From: a virus
Lineage: Duplodnaviria > Caudoviricetes
Length of the DNA stretch: 64,000 nucleotides
Virus record (IMG/VR): IMGVR_UViG_3300031851_000001
Direction: 5' to 3' (one strand)
In this document: positions 29,568-38,575 of the stretch, in pieces
How the letters are laid out: each line of letters starts with the position of its first letter
How positions within the stretch are numbered: the first letter of the stretch is position 1
Made by a program: the position numbers and the translations under genes
The notes under the pieces: generated by a model
The model's input: only the letters and a program-made list of their open reading frames with translations
Databases searched by the model: none
What the model was told of the DNA's origin: nothing

Positions 29568-29596
29568 TTGACATCACTATTTAGGTATGGTATAAT
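29568..29596 (+). promoter_or_regulatory. Consensus sigma70 promoter firing antisense into uvsW
   Basis: TTGACA-tcactatttaggtatgg-TATAAT, no plus-strand gene downstream. Confidence 0.6.
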
Positions 29597-29619
29597 AGAC
29601 TTATGTCTTATAAACAATA

Positions 29620-31113
29620 TTATATGTTCACCGTATAAATCTTTACATTAAACTGCTCGGACCCATATATTTCAATCCGTTTCCTAAAATGTTGTAAAGT
29701 ATAATTCTGGTAGGCACCAACACTCAAATCATCAGCAATATCGTAAAGCGTAGCTTTATCGGCATCGTTGCCCTTTCTTAGGGCACGGCCGATTGATTGG
29801 AGTACTTTCACTTCCGATTTAGATCCAGATGCGAATATAACATTATCAAGTTTCTTTAAATTAATTCCAGTTGAGAATGTACCAAACGACGCAAGGATAT
29901 CATGTTGTTTAATAGGATCGTTCTCAATCATATGGCGAATTCTTTCACGTTCTGTGCCTTTTGTTGCACCATAAATGAAATGTAATTCTCTACCTTCTGT
30001 TCTTAACATTGGCTCTAATATTTTACCATGTTTTTCAACTAAGTCAAATAGAACCAAATTGTTTTGATCTTTGAGTGACCACAATAGATTTCGTATGAAT
30101 ATATTTCGCTTCTCGTGGTTCGTTATGTATTCTCTTTCAGCAGGATACTTTTGACTTGTATTTTGTACTTTACTTATTGCCTTTTTAAACGCTTTTCTAT
30201 TTTCAACGCTATGAGACAATACAATTGCTTTTATATTAAAGTCAGCAATAGTACCGTCATCCATAAGATCTTTAGTAGATACATGCTTACGAACAGAACC
30301 AAAGCAGCCTTCAAGGACCAGTCTATGCGTTTTGCTCTCTTCCGATTTTAACGTACCGGTAAATCCATGTCGATAATAACATTCGTCAAGCCCTCCCATA
30401 ATTTTTTGTAATGATTTCGCTTGGAATAAATGTGCTTCATCTCCAAGTACTACTTTAAATTGACTAAACCAATCTTTCCTTAATTTAATAAGAGACTGCC
30501 AAGTCGATATAACAATAGGTGCATCTGTGTTTTTATCAATACCACCTTGGATTTTATATATGTGAGATGGATCACAACCATAATCAATAAAATCGCCAGC
30601 CATCTGATGTACTAATGATATCGTTGGAACAATAATCAAAGTACGATGTTCAAACGCTCTATAATAATGCTGCTGAATTAAATAAATGATAAGTGATTTA
30701 CCAGATGATGTTGGTGATAAAGATAAAGAACGACTATCACGTATGGCATCAACGATATATTGATTCTGATAATCACGAGGCTCAAACTTACAGTTTACTT
30801 CCTTAGCAATCTCATATCCATAATCGTCAGGAACTTTTTCGCCTTCCATCAAATGTGCAGGAGCATTTAACTCATATCCACGATCTTCACAAAACTTCCG
30901 CAGCTTACTAAATAACCCTACATAAAGTACAGGTTTGAGTGGTTGGAAAATACGAATCCATCCGTCCCAAATTCTATTCTTATATGAAGGGTTAAACTGG
31001 AATCCGGCGGGTTGAAATTTGAAGTAAGCTTCTAATTCAAACTTAACGCTTGACTCTGTATTGATTTTCAAATACACTGCGTTGATTTGCTCAACGTTAA
31101 TCACATCAGACAT
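29620..31113 (-). CDS. uvsW: UvsW DNA helicase
   Basis: PRDYQ, SPTSSGKS, GDEAH, GFTGT, QSIGR. Confidence 0.95.
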   Translation of the reverse strand: MSDVINVEQINAVYLKINTESSVKFELEAYFKFQPAGFQFNPSYKNRIWDGWIRIFQPLKPVLYVGLFSKLRKFCEDRGYELNAPAHLMEGEKVPDDYGYEIAKEVNCKFEPRDYQNQYIVDAIRDSRSLSLSPTSSGKSLIIYLIQQHYYRAFEHRTLIIVPTISLVHQMAGDFIDYGCDPSHIYKIQGGIDKNTDAPIVISTWQSLIKLRKDWFSQFKVVLGDEAHLFQAKSLQKIMGGLDECYYRHGFTGTLKSEESKTHRLVLEGCFGSVRKHVSTKDLMDDGTIADFNIKAIVLSHSVENRKAFKKAISKVQNTSQKYPAEREYITNHEKRNIFIRNLLWSLKDQNNLVLFDLVEKHGKILEPMLRTEGRELHFIYGATKGTERERIRHMIENDPIKQHDILASFGTFSTGINLKKLDNVIFASGSKSEVKVLQSIGRALRKGNDADKATLYDIADDLSVGAYQNYTLQHFRKRIEIYGSEQFNVKIYTVNI

Positions 31114-31149
31114 AATATAACCTTACACTTTAATCAGTTTTCTTAATAC

Positions 31150-31157
31150 TATTTATA
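31150..31157 (-). promoter_or_regulatory. Late promoter of uvsW
   Basis: TATAAATA on minus strand. Confidence 0.7.
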
Positions 31158-31241
31158 TAGTCTATCCGGTCCTCGATTTCTTTACGTTTGTCGAGTAGAA
31201 TAACTGGTTTATAAACTGGTGTGATAGGCTTAATAAGAATC

Positions 31242-31679
31242 TTAGTAATCTCCGGCTTGGAACTTCATCACTGCTATAATATTATTAATAATGAAGTTAC
31301 GACTATGAATTGTTTTAACAATATCTTCAAGGTAATTTGCCCTGCAGCTATGATAATCAATTTTTAAACTTAATTTGATAATATCAGGATCAGCTTGGAT
31401 ATACTTATCCATATCTTGACGTATGACTTTTTTCTGAAAAGGTTTCCATCCAAACTCACGTAAATCTTCTTCAGCCATAGATCCGTCAATCCATTCTCGT
31501 TTGTTCATTTCAAGTATTTTATAATCATACCTAAGCTTCTTAACTTTAAGCGCTTCTTTATAGTACATGTTATAGTATTTAGAATGGAGCTGCGGAATCT
31601 TTTTTGCTTCTTGTGCCAATTGAGTTTCATCAATTTTGGCATCACCAGCCCAGATTTCACTAATGTCTTCAGTACTCAT
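31242..31679 (-). CDS. uvsY: UvsY recombination mediator
   Basis: DAKIDETQL, IPQLHSKY, YIQADPDI, KFQAG. Confidence 0.92.
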   Translation of the reverse strand: MSTEDISEIWAGDAKIDETQLAQEAKKIPQLHSKYYNMYYKEALKVKKLRYDYKILEMNKREWIDGSMAEEDLREFGWKPFQKKVIRQDMDKYIQADPDIIKLSLKIDYHSCRANYLEDIVKTIHSRNFIINNIIAVMKFQAGDY

Positions 31680-31708
31680 GTTAACCTCTCATAATGTATA
31701 TAGTTATA

Positions 31709-31737
31709 ATTCTATCACAGTTTTGTTAGAATGTCAA
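31709..31737 (-). promoter_or_regulatory. sigma70 promoter of uvsY, TGTG class
   Basis: TTGACA-ttctaacaaaactgtga-TAGAAT. Confidence 0.78.
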
Positions 31738-32222
31738 CCAATTTTTGTATGAGTAAACCTGTCGTATCTGAATACCATCGACGCTTCTGGGTATACGATA
31801 TCCTGTTGTGTTACGTCTAAAGTAATCTGACTTAACGATACTGGAAAGCAGTTTAAAAACGTAAATGATATGTTAGGATTTTTGTGGCTATTTAATATAG
31901 TGATAGAAATATCAGAAACAATTCCATCGTCTGTTTTACCTAATTTAGCAAACTGAGCAAGTTCTACTGGAGACGTAATAGATTCTATCCAATCTAAACA
32001 TTCAAAATAATTTGCCATGTTTTCGTCTACGATAAAGCTTAGATCTAATTCTTGGTACAATAACTTATCAGGAGTATTATATAAAGTACTTAGAGGGTTT
32101 GGCGTTTCCGCTGCACCAGCACTTACACCCGGAACTTGCATCCTTTGAGTAAAGAATTCTACGTTAGGTAATCGTTTGACATTGACTGTAAAACCAATAG
32201 GAGATAAAAAATTAGTGTTCAT
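31734..32222 (-). CDS. gp3: Tail completion / sheath stabilizer gp3
   Basis: NFLSPIGF, LPNVEFF, FIVDENMANY, SDISITIL, CFPVSLS. Confidence 0.9.
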   Translation of the reverse strand: MNTNFLSPIGFTVNVKRLPNVEFFTQRMQVPGVSAGAAETPNPLSTLYNTPDKLLYQELDLSFIVDENMANYFECLDWIESITSPVELAQFAKLGKTDDGIVSDISITILNSHKNPNISFTFLNCFPVSLSQITLDVTQQDIVYPEASMVFRYDRFTHTKIG

Positions 32223-32331
32223 TGGATCATTTTCCTGTTTACATTTGTTTAGAACTGTGGTAGTATTTATCTAAATAGGGTTTACTGATTCTAAATAAAT
32301 AGTATTCCCAGCAATAACAAAGGAAGATTGC

Positions 32332-32379
32332 ATGGATGATCCTTGCGATGATAGCACACACTGGATAGGTTATATATAA
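32332..32379 (+). CDS. Putative 15-aa micro-ORF
   Basis: MDDPCDDSTHWIGYI with AAGGAAG SD-like sequence, upstream of topoisomerase. Confidence 0.3.
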   Translation: MDDPCDDSTHWIGYI

Positions 32380-32404
32380 TATAGCGAAATAATGGAGCTT
32401 TTGA

Positions 32405-34228
32405 ATGAGTAATGACTTTAGAATTTTAACAGCACGTCAACACGTTAGAGAACGTATTGGTATGTACCTTGGTTCAAGTTCTCAAGAATCGGTTGAACGT
32501 TTTGTGAAAGGCGAATGGAAAACATCAAAGTATGTACCTGCGCTTTCTAAAATGATTGACGAAATACTTGATAACTCGATTGACGAGGCAATTCGTACTA
32601 ACTTTAAACATGCGAATAAAATTGATGTATCTATTAATATGGATATGGTAACCGTTACTGATAACGGTCGTGGTATTCCACAAGATGAGATATACGACGA
32701 AACCAGTAAGGAACAAATCCTTCGACCAGTGGCTGCTTGGACTCGAGTAAATGCCGGTACATCGTTTGATGATGAACGTGTAACAATCGGTACTAACGGT
32801 GTCGGTTCAGCTGCTACCAACTTTCTTTCATCAAAGTTTACTGGTAAAACGTGGTCAAAAGGTAATCAGATTATGGTTACTTGTAAAAATGGCGGCGAAG
32901 ATGTTAAAGTTACTACACGAGATAAGAATGGTTCTGGTACTGAAGTATCGTTCGTTGCAGACTTCGATTGTTTTGAAACTGATTGTCTTGCCAACTTGGA
33001 TACTATTGAATTACTCGAAGATCGTTTAATGAGTCTACAAATGGCTTTTCCTGAAATCAAGTTCTCTTTCAATAAGAAAAAGATTTCAGTATCCGATATG
33101 AAAAAGTATTCAGCATTGTTTAATCCAAATGTTGTAATTGAAAAGTCTGAAAACGTTTCATTCTTCTTTACTACATCAGAGGATGGTTTCCGAACTAACT
33201 CTTTTATTAATGGTGTGAATACTCGAATGGGTGGTACATATGTTGATTTCGTAGTGAATGGTATTGTTGACGAATTGGTAACAATGGTCAAACGTAAATA
33301 TAAAGTTGAAGTCGCAAAGAATACTATTAAAGGTGGATTAACCTTTGTACTATTCGCTCGTAATTTCGTTAATCCAAAGTTTGACTCACAAACTAAAGAA
33401 CGTCTAACAAATCCAATGACTAACGTTCGTGAGCACTTTCAAGGTGCTGATTGTAAAGACTTCCAATTCTATGCTCGTAAGATTATTAATAATCCAGATA
33501 TTATTGATCCAATCATTGAGGCTCAGTTGGCTAAAAAGATAGCAGCCGACAAACGAGCAGCCACGATGGCTCAGAAAAAACTTCAACGAGTTAAGGTTGC
33601 TAAACATATCTCAGCAAATCGAAACGATGCTACATTAAAAATCGTTGAAGGTGACTCAGCGATGGGCTTCTTGTTAAAAGTAAGAGATGCCGATAAAGTT
33701 GGTGCTTACCCTCTCCGAGGTGTGATTATGAATACGTGGGATATGAAACCTGCTGATGTACTTAAAAACAAAGAGTTGTCAGAATTGGTTAATGTTCTTG
33801 GATTAAATATCAATGATCCAAATAGTGTTGATGATATGACATATGAGAATATTGCTACACTAACTGATGCTGACCACGATGGTATTGGTCATATTAGTCC
33901 GCTGCTTATTGCTTTCTTCTATAAGTTTTGGCCACGTTTGTTAACTGAAAAACATGTAAAGATTACTCGTACACCAATTATGATTTCATCTAAAGGTGAT
34001 AAAGTCGAGTGGTTTTATAACTATGAAACAGCATCTAAGTTTAAGACTGACAATCAAGCAGGTTGGAAACATCGTTACATTAAAGGTCTCGGATCACTTA
34101 CCGAAGAAGAATATGACGTGATTATTAATAAACCACAATATGATACTGTAACAGTTGATGATGCTTCCATATTCCAAATGATGTTTGGGAAAGATAGTTC
34201 TTTACGCAAAGAATATATGTTTGCATAA
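32405..34228 (+). CDS. gp39: DNA topoisomerase II large subunit (gp39+gp60 fused)
   Basis: EILDNSID, DNGRGIP, GTNGVG, EGDSA, PLRG, DADHDG, YIKGLG. Confidence 0.96.
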   Translation: MSNDFRILTARQHVRERIGMYLGSSSQESVERFVKGEWKTSKYVPALSKMIDEILDNSIDEAIRTNFKHANKIDVSINMDMVTVTDNGRGIPQDEIYDETSKEQILRPVAAWTRVNAGTSFDDERVTIGTNGVGSAATNFLSSKFTGKTWSKGNQIMVTCKNGGEDVKVTTRDKNGSGTEVSFVADFDCFETDCLANLDTIELLEDRLMSLQMAFPEIKFSFNKKKISVSDMKKYSALFNPNVVIEKSENVSFFFTTSEDGFRTNSFINGVNTRMGGTYVDFVVNGIVDELVTMVKRKYKVEVAKNTIKGGLTFVLFARNFVNPKFDSQTKERLTNPMTNVREHFQGADCKDFQFYARKIINNPDIIDPIIEAQLAKKIAADKRAATMAQKKLQRVKVAKHISANRNDATLKIVEGDSAMGFLLKVRDADKVGAYPLRGVIMNTWDMKPADVLKNKELSELVNVLGLNINDPNSVDDMTYENIATLTDADHDGIGHISPLLIAFFYKFWPRLLTEKHVKITRTPIMISSKGDKVEWFYNYETASKFKTDNQAGWKHRYIKGLGSLTEEEYDVIINKPQYDTVTVDDASIFQMMFGKDSSLRKEYMFA

Positions 34229-34234
34229 TGTTTA

Positions 34235-34263
34235 TTGACATTACGTTAAAAGTGTGATAGAAT
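34235..34263 (+). promoter_or_regulatory. sigma70 promoter of gp52, TGTG class
   Basis: TTGACA-ttacgttaaaagtgtga-TAGAAT. Confidence 0.78.
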
Positions 34264-34291
34264 ACTATAGAATCAAAAAGGACAATACTTT

Positions 34292-35641
34292 ATGAGTATA
34301 TTAGAATTTACTAAGGATGACGTTAATACTAATGATTATCCAATCAGCCACGTAGCTAAAAACGAATGGCTTTCATTTGCCATGTACACGGTTGAATCAC
34401 GTGCCATTCCAAATATGATTGATGGTTTAAAACCAGTTCAACGTTTTTATCTTTATAGTTCTCTATTGAATTCCAAAAGAGATTTTAAAAAGGTATCAGC
34501 AGTTGCTGGTATCATTTCAGATTATGGATATAACCACGGTGAAGCATCGGCTGCAGGTGCCGGTCAACTTATGGCAGCTACATGGAACAACAATGTTTGT
34601 TTGGTTGAAGGTAGAGGTTCTTTTGGTACTCGATTAGTACAGGAACCCGGAGCTGCACGTTATGTTTATACTCGAGTTCATAATAACTTTGAAAAATACG
34701 TTAAAGATATGGATCTATCACCAGTACACGATGATCCTGAGCATGAGCCTCCTTCATACTATCTACCAGTAATCCCTCTAGTATTGGCTAACGGAACTAA
34801 GGGTATTGCTACTGGATTTGCTACCAACATCCTTCCACGGTCCCCTAATGATCTCTCTCGTGCAGTTCGTGAATATTTGCTGAACGGTAATATAGCGAAC
34901 AGGCTTCCAGTGTCATTCCCTGAATTTGGTGGTTCTGTCACGTATGATATTGAAAACAAACGCTTTATTGTGAATGGCACCTTTGTACGTAACAGTAAGA
35001 CAGTACTAACCATTACTGAAGTACCATATGGGTATGATCGTGAGTCATACGTTAAAGTATTGAATAGATTGGAAGATGACAACGATATCGTCTCTTATGA
35101 GGACAAATGCGATAAGCAAGGTTTTAAGTTTGAAATCAAGTTAAAACTGGCTTCAGCAAATGCTTGGACAGATGAACGTATTATTCGTAAGTTTAAACTG
35201 ACTAAACCGTTATCTGAAAACCTTACGGTAATTGATGAGAATGGTAGACTACGTGAGTACGAAGATGAACGTGATTTAATTAAAGACTTTTGTGAATTCC
35301 GTATTGGTGTATTACAAAAGAGAATTGAATTGCGATTGGTTGAAGCTGCCGAGGAAATTCGTTGGTTAAAAATTAAAATGCAGTTTATTCAAGCTGTTCT
35401 TGATGATAAGATTAAGTTTAAAAACCAAAAGAAAAAAGCTGTTGGCGTACAAATCCTAGCTAACACTGAAGCAACTGATGCCGATGTAGACCGGCTGCTT
35501 CGTATTAACATTATGAGTTTGACTGACGAGATGGTCAAAGAACTTGCTAAAGAAATCGCAAAGGCTGAAAAGGATGTTCGTTACTGGACAAATACAACGC
35601 CAAAGAAACAGTTTATTTTAGATTTAGAAGGAATTGAGTAA
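34292..35641 (+). CDS. gp52: DNA topoisomerase II medium subunit gp52
   Basis: RAIPNMIDGLKPVQR, YNHGE, AARY (catalytic Tyr), GIATGF. Confidence 0.96.
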   Translation: MSILEFTKDDVNTNDYPISHVAKNEWLSFAMYTVESRAIPNMIDGLKPVQRFYLYSSLLNSKRDFKKVSAVAGIISDYGYNHGEASAAGAGQLMAATWNNNVCLVEGRGSFGTRLVQEPGAARYVYTRVHNNFEKYVKDMDLSPVHDDPEHEPPSYYLPVIPLVLANGTKGIATGFATNILPRSPNDLSRAVREYLLNGNIANRLPVSFPEFGGSVTYDIENKRFIVNGTFVRNSKTVLTITEVPYGYDRESYVKVLNRLEDDNDIVSYEDKCDKQGFKFEIKLKLASANAWTDERIIRKFKLTKPLSENLTVIDENGRLREYEDERDLIKDFCEFRIGVLQKRIELRLVEAAEEIRWLKIKMQFIQAVLDDKIKFKNQKKKAVGVQILANTEATDADVDRLLRINIMSLTDEMVKELAKEIAKAEKDVRYWTNTTPKKQFILDLEGIE

Positions 35642-35825
35642 TATGTTTAATATGTTTAAAAAACCACTTGCCGAAGAACCCATGGAAATGGATATGGACT
35701 TTGTAACTGGTTTAACACAAAACCCAGTTCAACCTGAGTTAACATTAGAAGAATCATTTGACCTTGTCTTAGACAGATTAGATTCTATTGAGTCAAAACT
35801 TGACATACTGATTGAAAAGAACTAA
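35634..35825 (+). CDS. Hypothetical coiled-coil protein
   Basis: 63 aa, overlaps the gp52 end. Confidence 0.65.
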   Translation: MSNMFNMFKKPLAEEPMEMDMDFVTGLTQNPVQPELTLEESFDLVLDRLDSIESKLDILIEKN

Positions 35826-36244
35826 TGTATTACTCAACCTACGGTAAACCAAAAAAAGTATCAAATCCTTTAATGGATAAGATGGTAGTATTTGCAGCCG
35901 ACTTTTTAGAGATTGATGAAACAATTGAGATTGACTTTGAGGACGACTTTGACGAAGAGTGTGGTTACTGTAATTACAATGAGGAAGGTATTACCATAGG
36001 TATTAAACCAACATTAAGTAGAACTGAAATATGTAAAACTCTATTCCACGAAATGGTACATGCCAAACAATATATTAAAGGCGAACTTATTTCTGGCGTA
36101 GGAAAGAAACCGTCGCGTTGGTTTGGTAAACCAATTAAAGGAGATAACTATTGGGATTTACCGTGGGAACGTGAAGCATATGAAACTGAAGCTGCCATGT
36201 GGGCAATTTTTTCAACTGAAATACTAAAGAAAAGACTTAGATGA
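35825..36244 (+). CDS. HEXXH zinc metallopeptidase-like protein (paralog 1)
   Basis: TLFHEMVHAKQY ... PWEREAY. Confidence 0.75.
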   Translation: MYYSTYGKPKKVSNPLMDKMVVFAADFLEIDETIEIDFEDDFDEECGYCNYNEEGITIGIKPTLSRTEICKTLFHEMVHAKQYIKGELISGVGKKPSRWFGKPIKGDNYWDLPWEREAYETEAAMWAIFSTEILKKRLR

Positions 36245-36624
36245 TTATTGACGTATACATTTCTGAAGACTCTGCTCTAAATGATCTTGCAGCTCGGTTC
36301 GTTAAATGGATATGCAAAGAGTATGGAATATTACCAAGAAAAGTTTCTGTTGAGGCACATGATTTAGTTGGAAACAATGGTATGTGCTTTGACGAGCCTG
36401 ATGGTAAGTTTACTATATTAGTAAAAGACAATAGAGATCTTGGTCATATGTTTACAACGATTGCTCACGAAATGATCCATGTCAAACAATATATGACTCA
36501 AAACCTTGGACGTTTACTAGACGAAAACGTTGATATGCCATATGCAGATCGTTGGTGGGAAGAAGAAGCTTTTTCAAATGCAATTCCGTTAGTGACAAGA
36601 TTTACTAATTTAATTGCACTTTAA
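36241..36624 (+). CDS. HEXXH zinc metallopeptidase-like protein (paralog 2)
   Basis: TIAHEMIHVKQY ... WWEEEAF. Confidence 0.75.
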   Translation: MIIDVYISEDSALNDLAARFVKWICKEYGILPRKVSVEAHDLVGNNGMCFDEPDGKFTILVKDNRDLGHMFTTIAHEMIHVKQYMTQNLGRLLDENVDMPYADRWWEEEAFSNAIPLVTRFTNLIAL

Positions 36625-36656
36625 CTATTGACATTTGATATAGAATCAGTTATATT
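36622..36656 (+). promoter_or_regulatory. Early promoter, GANTC class (copy 3)
   Basis: TTGACA-tttgataTAGAATCAGT-TATATT, second GAATC at 36658. Confidence 0.9.
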
Positions 36657-36682
36657 AGAATCAACAAATAAAGGAATTACAC

Positions 36683-36847
36683 ATGTTTTTTGCAACGATA
36701 ATTATAGGGTCAACTCTTGGAATGTTAATTGGAGCACAATTCATTAGTGATACTAAAACTCCTGAAGGAGAACTTGGTATGCTTGCTTGGGCCCTAGTTG
36801 GTGTTATCGCAGGTTGTTTAGGTGCAGCTTTTTTAGGATTTGTGTAA
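36683..36847 (+). CDS. Small 2-TM protein (54 aa, not in track)
   Basis: MFFATIIIGSTLGMLIGAQFISDTKTPEGELGMLAWALVGVIAGCLGAAFLGFV, AAGGA SD. Confidence 0.7.
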   Translation: MFFATIIIGSTLGMLIGAQFISDTKTPEGELGMLAWALVGVIAGCLGAAFLGFV

Positions 36848-36849
36848 AT

Positions 36850-36884
36850 TAACTGTTGACATTCTTTATAGAATCAGTTATATT
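36850..36884 (+). promoter_or_regulatory. Early promoter, GANTC class (copy 4)
   Basis: TTGACA-ttctttaTAGAATCAGT-TATATT. Confidence 0.9.
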
Positions 36885-36915
36885 AATTAAATAAACAAAC
36901 AGAAAGAGAATCAAT

Positions 36916-37146
36916 ATGGCTTCAATTAATCTAACATTCTTCGAGCAAACTGCAAGACAAAGACGTATCGCTGCATTTGGTCGTAAGATGATGAGTTTTT
37001 CGGAAGATGGATTGAATATGAATGTACCTTTAGAAATTCTAAATGCTTTCTCACGTATCGGTGAGGAAATGGCTGAAACAGGCTCAATGAAAAATCTACT
37101 ACCTGTAGATATTCAAGTTATTAAGTATGCACGGAAGGTTTTATAA
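36916..37146 (+). CDS. Hypothetical protein (early)
   Basis: 76 aa after a promoter. Confidence 0.75.
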   Translation: MASINLTFFEQTARQRRIAAFGRKMMSFSEDGLNMNVPLEILNAFSRIGEEMAETGSMKNLLPVDIQVIKYARKVL

Positions 37147-37382
37147 TGAATATTGATTACTCACCATCTTTTGAAGATATGCTAATCTCTGATATTAGAG
37201 ACTGGGGTATAGATAACATTGAGGATAGCTTCTCTATGTCGTTAACTGATTTAACAGATAAATATTGGGATAACAAAACTTCCGTTTGGGAAGGTAATGA
37301 ACTTGACCTTATTTTAGAAGCTGAAGGGTCAGAACCAATCGTTGATTTAGAAACTACATATGGAGAACAACCTTATGAATAA
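37146..37382 (+). CDS. Acidic hypothetical protein
   Basis: 78 aa, very D/E-rich. Confidence 0.7.
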   Translation: MNIDYSPSFEDMLISDIRDWGIDNIEDSFSMSLTDLTDKYWDNKTSVWEGNELDLILEAEGSEPIVDLETTYGEQPYE

Positions 37383-37866
37383 TAGTTTAAAGAATACTAG
37401 TGCGGCAATTGCTTCACTAGTTCTAGTGACCGCACTGGCGGCGCCTACCATATCTATGGCTGAACAACCAAGCAAAGTGCGAGTTGTTGATTACAATAAG
37501 ACCATAGTAACATCAGTACCAAGTACACAAGAGGTCTGTGAAAACGTTAAAGTACCTATCTACTCATCTGTGACTACACAAGGTGATGCAGGTGGTGGCG
37601 CCTTACTCGGTATGATCCTCGGAGGTATCCTTGGCAAAGGGGTAACCGGAGATGATGGAGGGGCAGCCGCCGGTGCGGTCTTAGGAGGAGTTATTGGCGC
37701 GAATGAAGGTCAAACTCGAACAGAGCAACGCATTGTTGGATATGAAACCGAACGTCAATGTGGAACGCGCACTACATATGTTAACAAAGAACGCGAAGTA
37801 TATAGTCATTCTATTATTCACTTCCGATCTGGTGGACAAGAATACGCTCTAAGGTTTCAACGTTAA
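37360..37866 (+). CDS. Glycine-zipper 2TM secreted/membrane protein (YcfJ-like)
   Basis: Signal peptide, GALLGMILGGILGKG / GAVLGGVIGA. Confidence 0.8.
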   Translation: MENNLMNNSLKNTSAAIASLVLVTALAAPTISMAEQPSKVRVVDYNKTIVTSVPSTQEVCENVKVPIYSSVTTQGDAGGGALLGMILGGILGKGVTGDDGGAAAGAVLGGVIGANEGQTRTEQRIVGYETERQCGTRTTYVNKEREVYSHSIIHFRSGGQEYALRFQR

Positions 37867-37961
37867 TGGAAATATTAATCTATAACATTATCTTTTGGAC
37901 AATATATATTACAGTAGGATCAATTCCTTACATGATAATACAAAAGGAAATAGACAAATAA

Positions 37962-38129
37962 ATGCCATACATATTACTTCGCAACAAGAGTGTGGTTCAG
38001 CATATTATAATGGTTGGACCAACAAACGATAACTTTAGAGAGTCAAAAGTAGTTGACTTAAAGTTTGAAACATTAGAGGCAGCCAATGAGGTTGCTGAAG
38101 TTTTGAAAGCTAAAGTAAAAGCAGCATAG
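37962..38129 (+). CDS. Small hypothetical protein (55 aa, not in track)
   Basis: MPYILLRNKSVVQHIIMVGPTNDNFRESKVVDLKFETLEAANEVAEVLKAKVKAA. Confidence 0.55.
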   Translation: MPYILLRNKSVVQHIIMVGPTNDNFRESKVVDLKFETLEAANEVAEVLKAKVKAA

Positions 38130-38206
38130 GTTCCTTAGCTCAGCCGGATTAGAGCAAGTGCCTTCTAAGCACTAGGTCGTAGGTTCGAGTCCTACAGGAA
38201 TCACCA
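38129..38206 (+). tRNA. tRNA-Arg(TCT)
   Basis: Cloverleaf, anticodon arm AGTGC-CTTCTAA-GCACT, GGTTCGAGTCC, encoded CCA. Confidence 0.95.
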
Positions 38207-38215
38207 AATCAATAA

Positions 38216-38290
38216 TGGAACGTAGCATAATGGTAATGCATCGCTTTTTGGTAGCGCAGAGTATAGGTTCGAGTCCTATCGTTCCAGCCA
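38216..38290 (+). tRNA. tRNA-Gln(TTG)
   Basis: U1-A72 acceptor TGGAACG/CGTTCCA, loop TTTTGGT, CCA end. Confidence 0.9.
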
Positions 38291-38306
38291 AATAATAGGA
38301 AACAAA

Positions 38307-38489
38307 ATGTGGGTATTAGTCTTTATATATTTTTATGACTCAACACCATACGTAGAAACATATGACGTATATACTTCAATGACTGAATGCTTTAGAGGTA
38401 GAGAAGCATTGGCTGATGAAGTTGGAAAAGGCGCTGGGTATTTTAAACCCGGACAACAAGCAGTTTGCATAAACCTTCAGTCTACATAG
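38307..38489 (+). CDS. Hypothetical protein
   Basis: 60 aa between tRNAs, SD present. Confidence 0.65.
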   Translation: MWVLVFIYFYDSTPYVETYDVYTSMTECFRGREALADEVGKGAGYFKPGQQAVCINLQST

Positions 38490-38498
38490 AGACTGTTA

Positions 38499-38575
38499 GC
38501 CCGCGTGATGGAATTGGTATACATATTTGACTTAAAATCAAAGTTTTGCCGGTTCGAGTCCGGCCGCGGGTACCA
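38499..38575 (+). tRNA. tRNA-Leu(TAA), short variable loop
   Basis: GCCCGCG/CGCGGGT-ACCA, anticodon arm TTTGA-CTTAAAA-TCAAA. Confidence 0.9.

Noticed and set aside
23118-35641. Introns, inteins or homing endonucleases in gp43, gp46/47, uvsW, topoisomerase
   Set aside because: ORFs are continuous and of normal length, with no LAGLIDADG/GIY-YIG/HNH or intein motifs seen.
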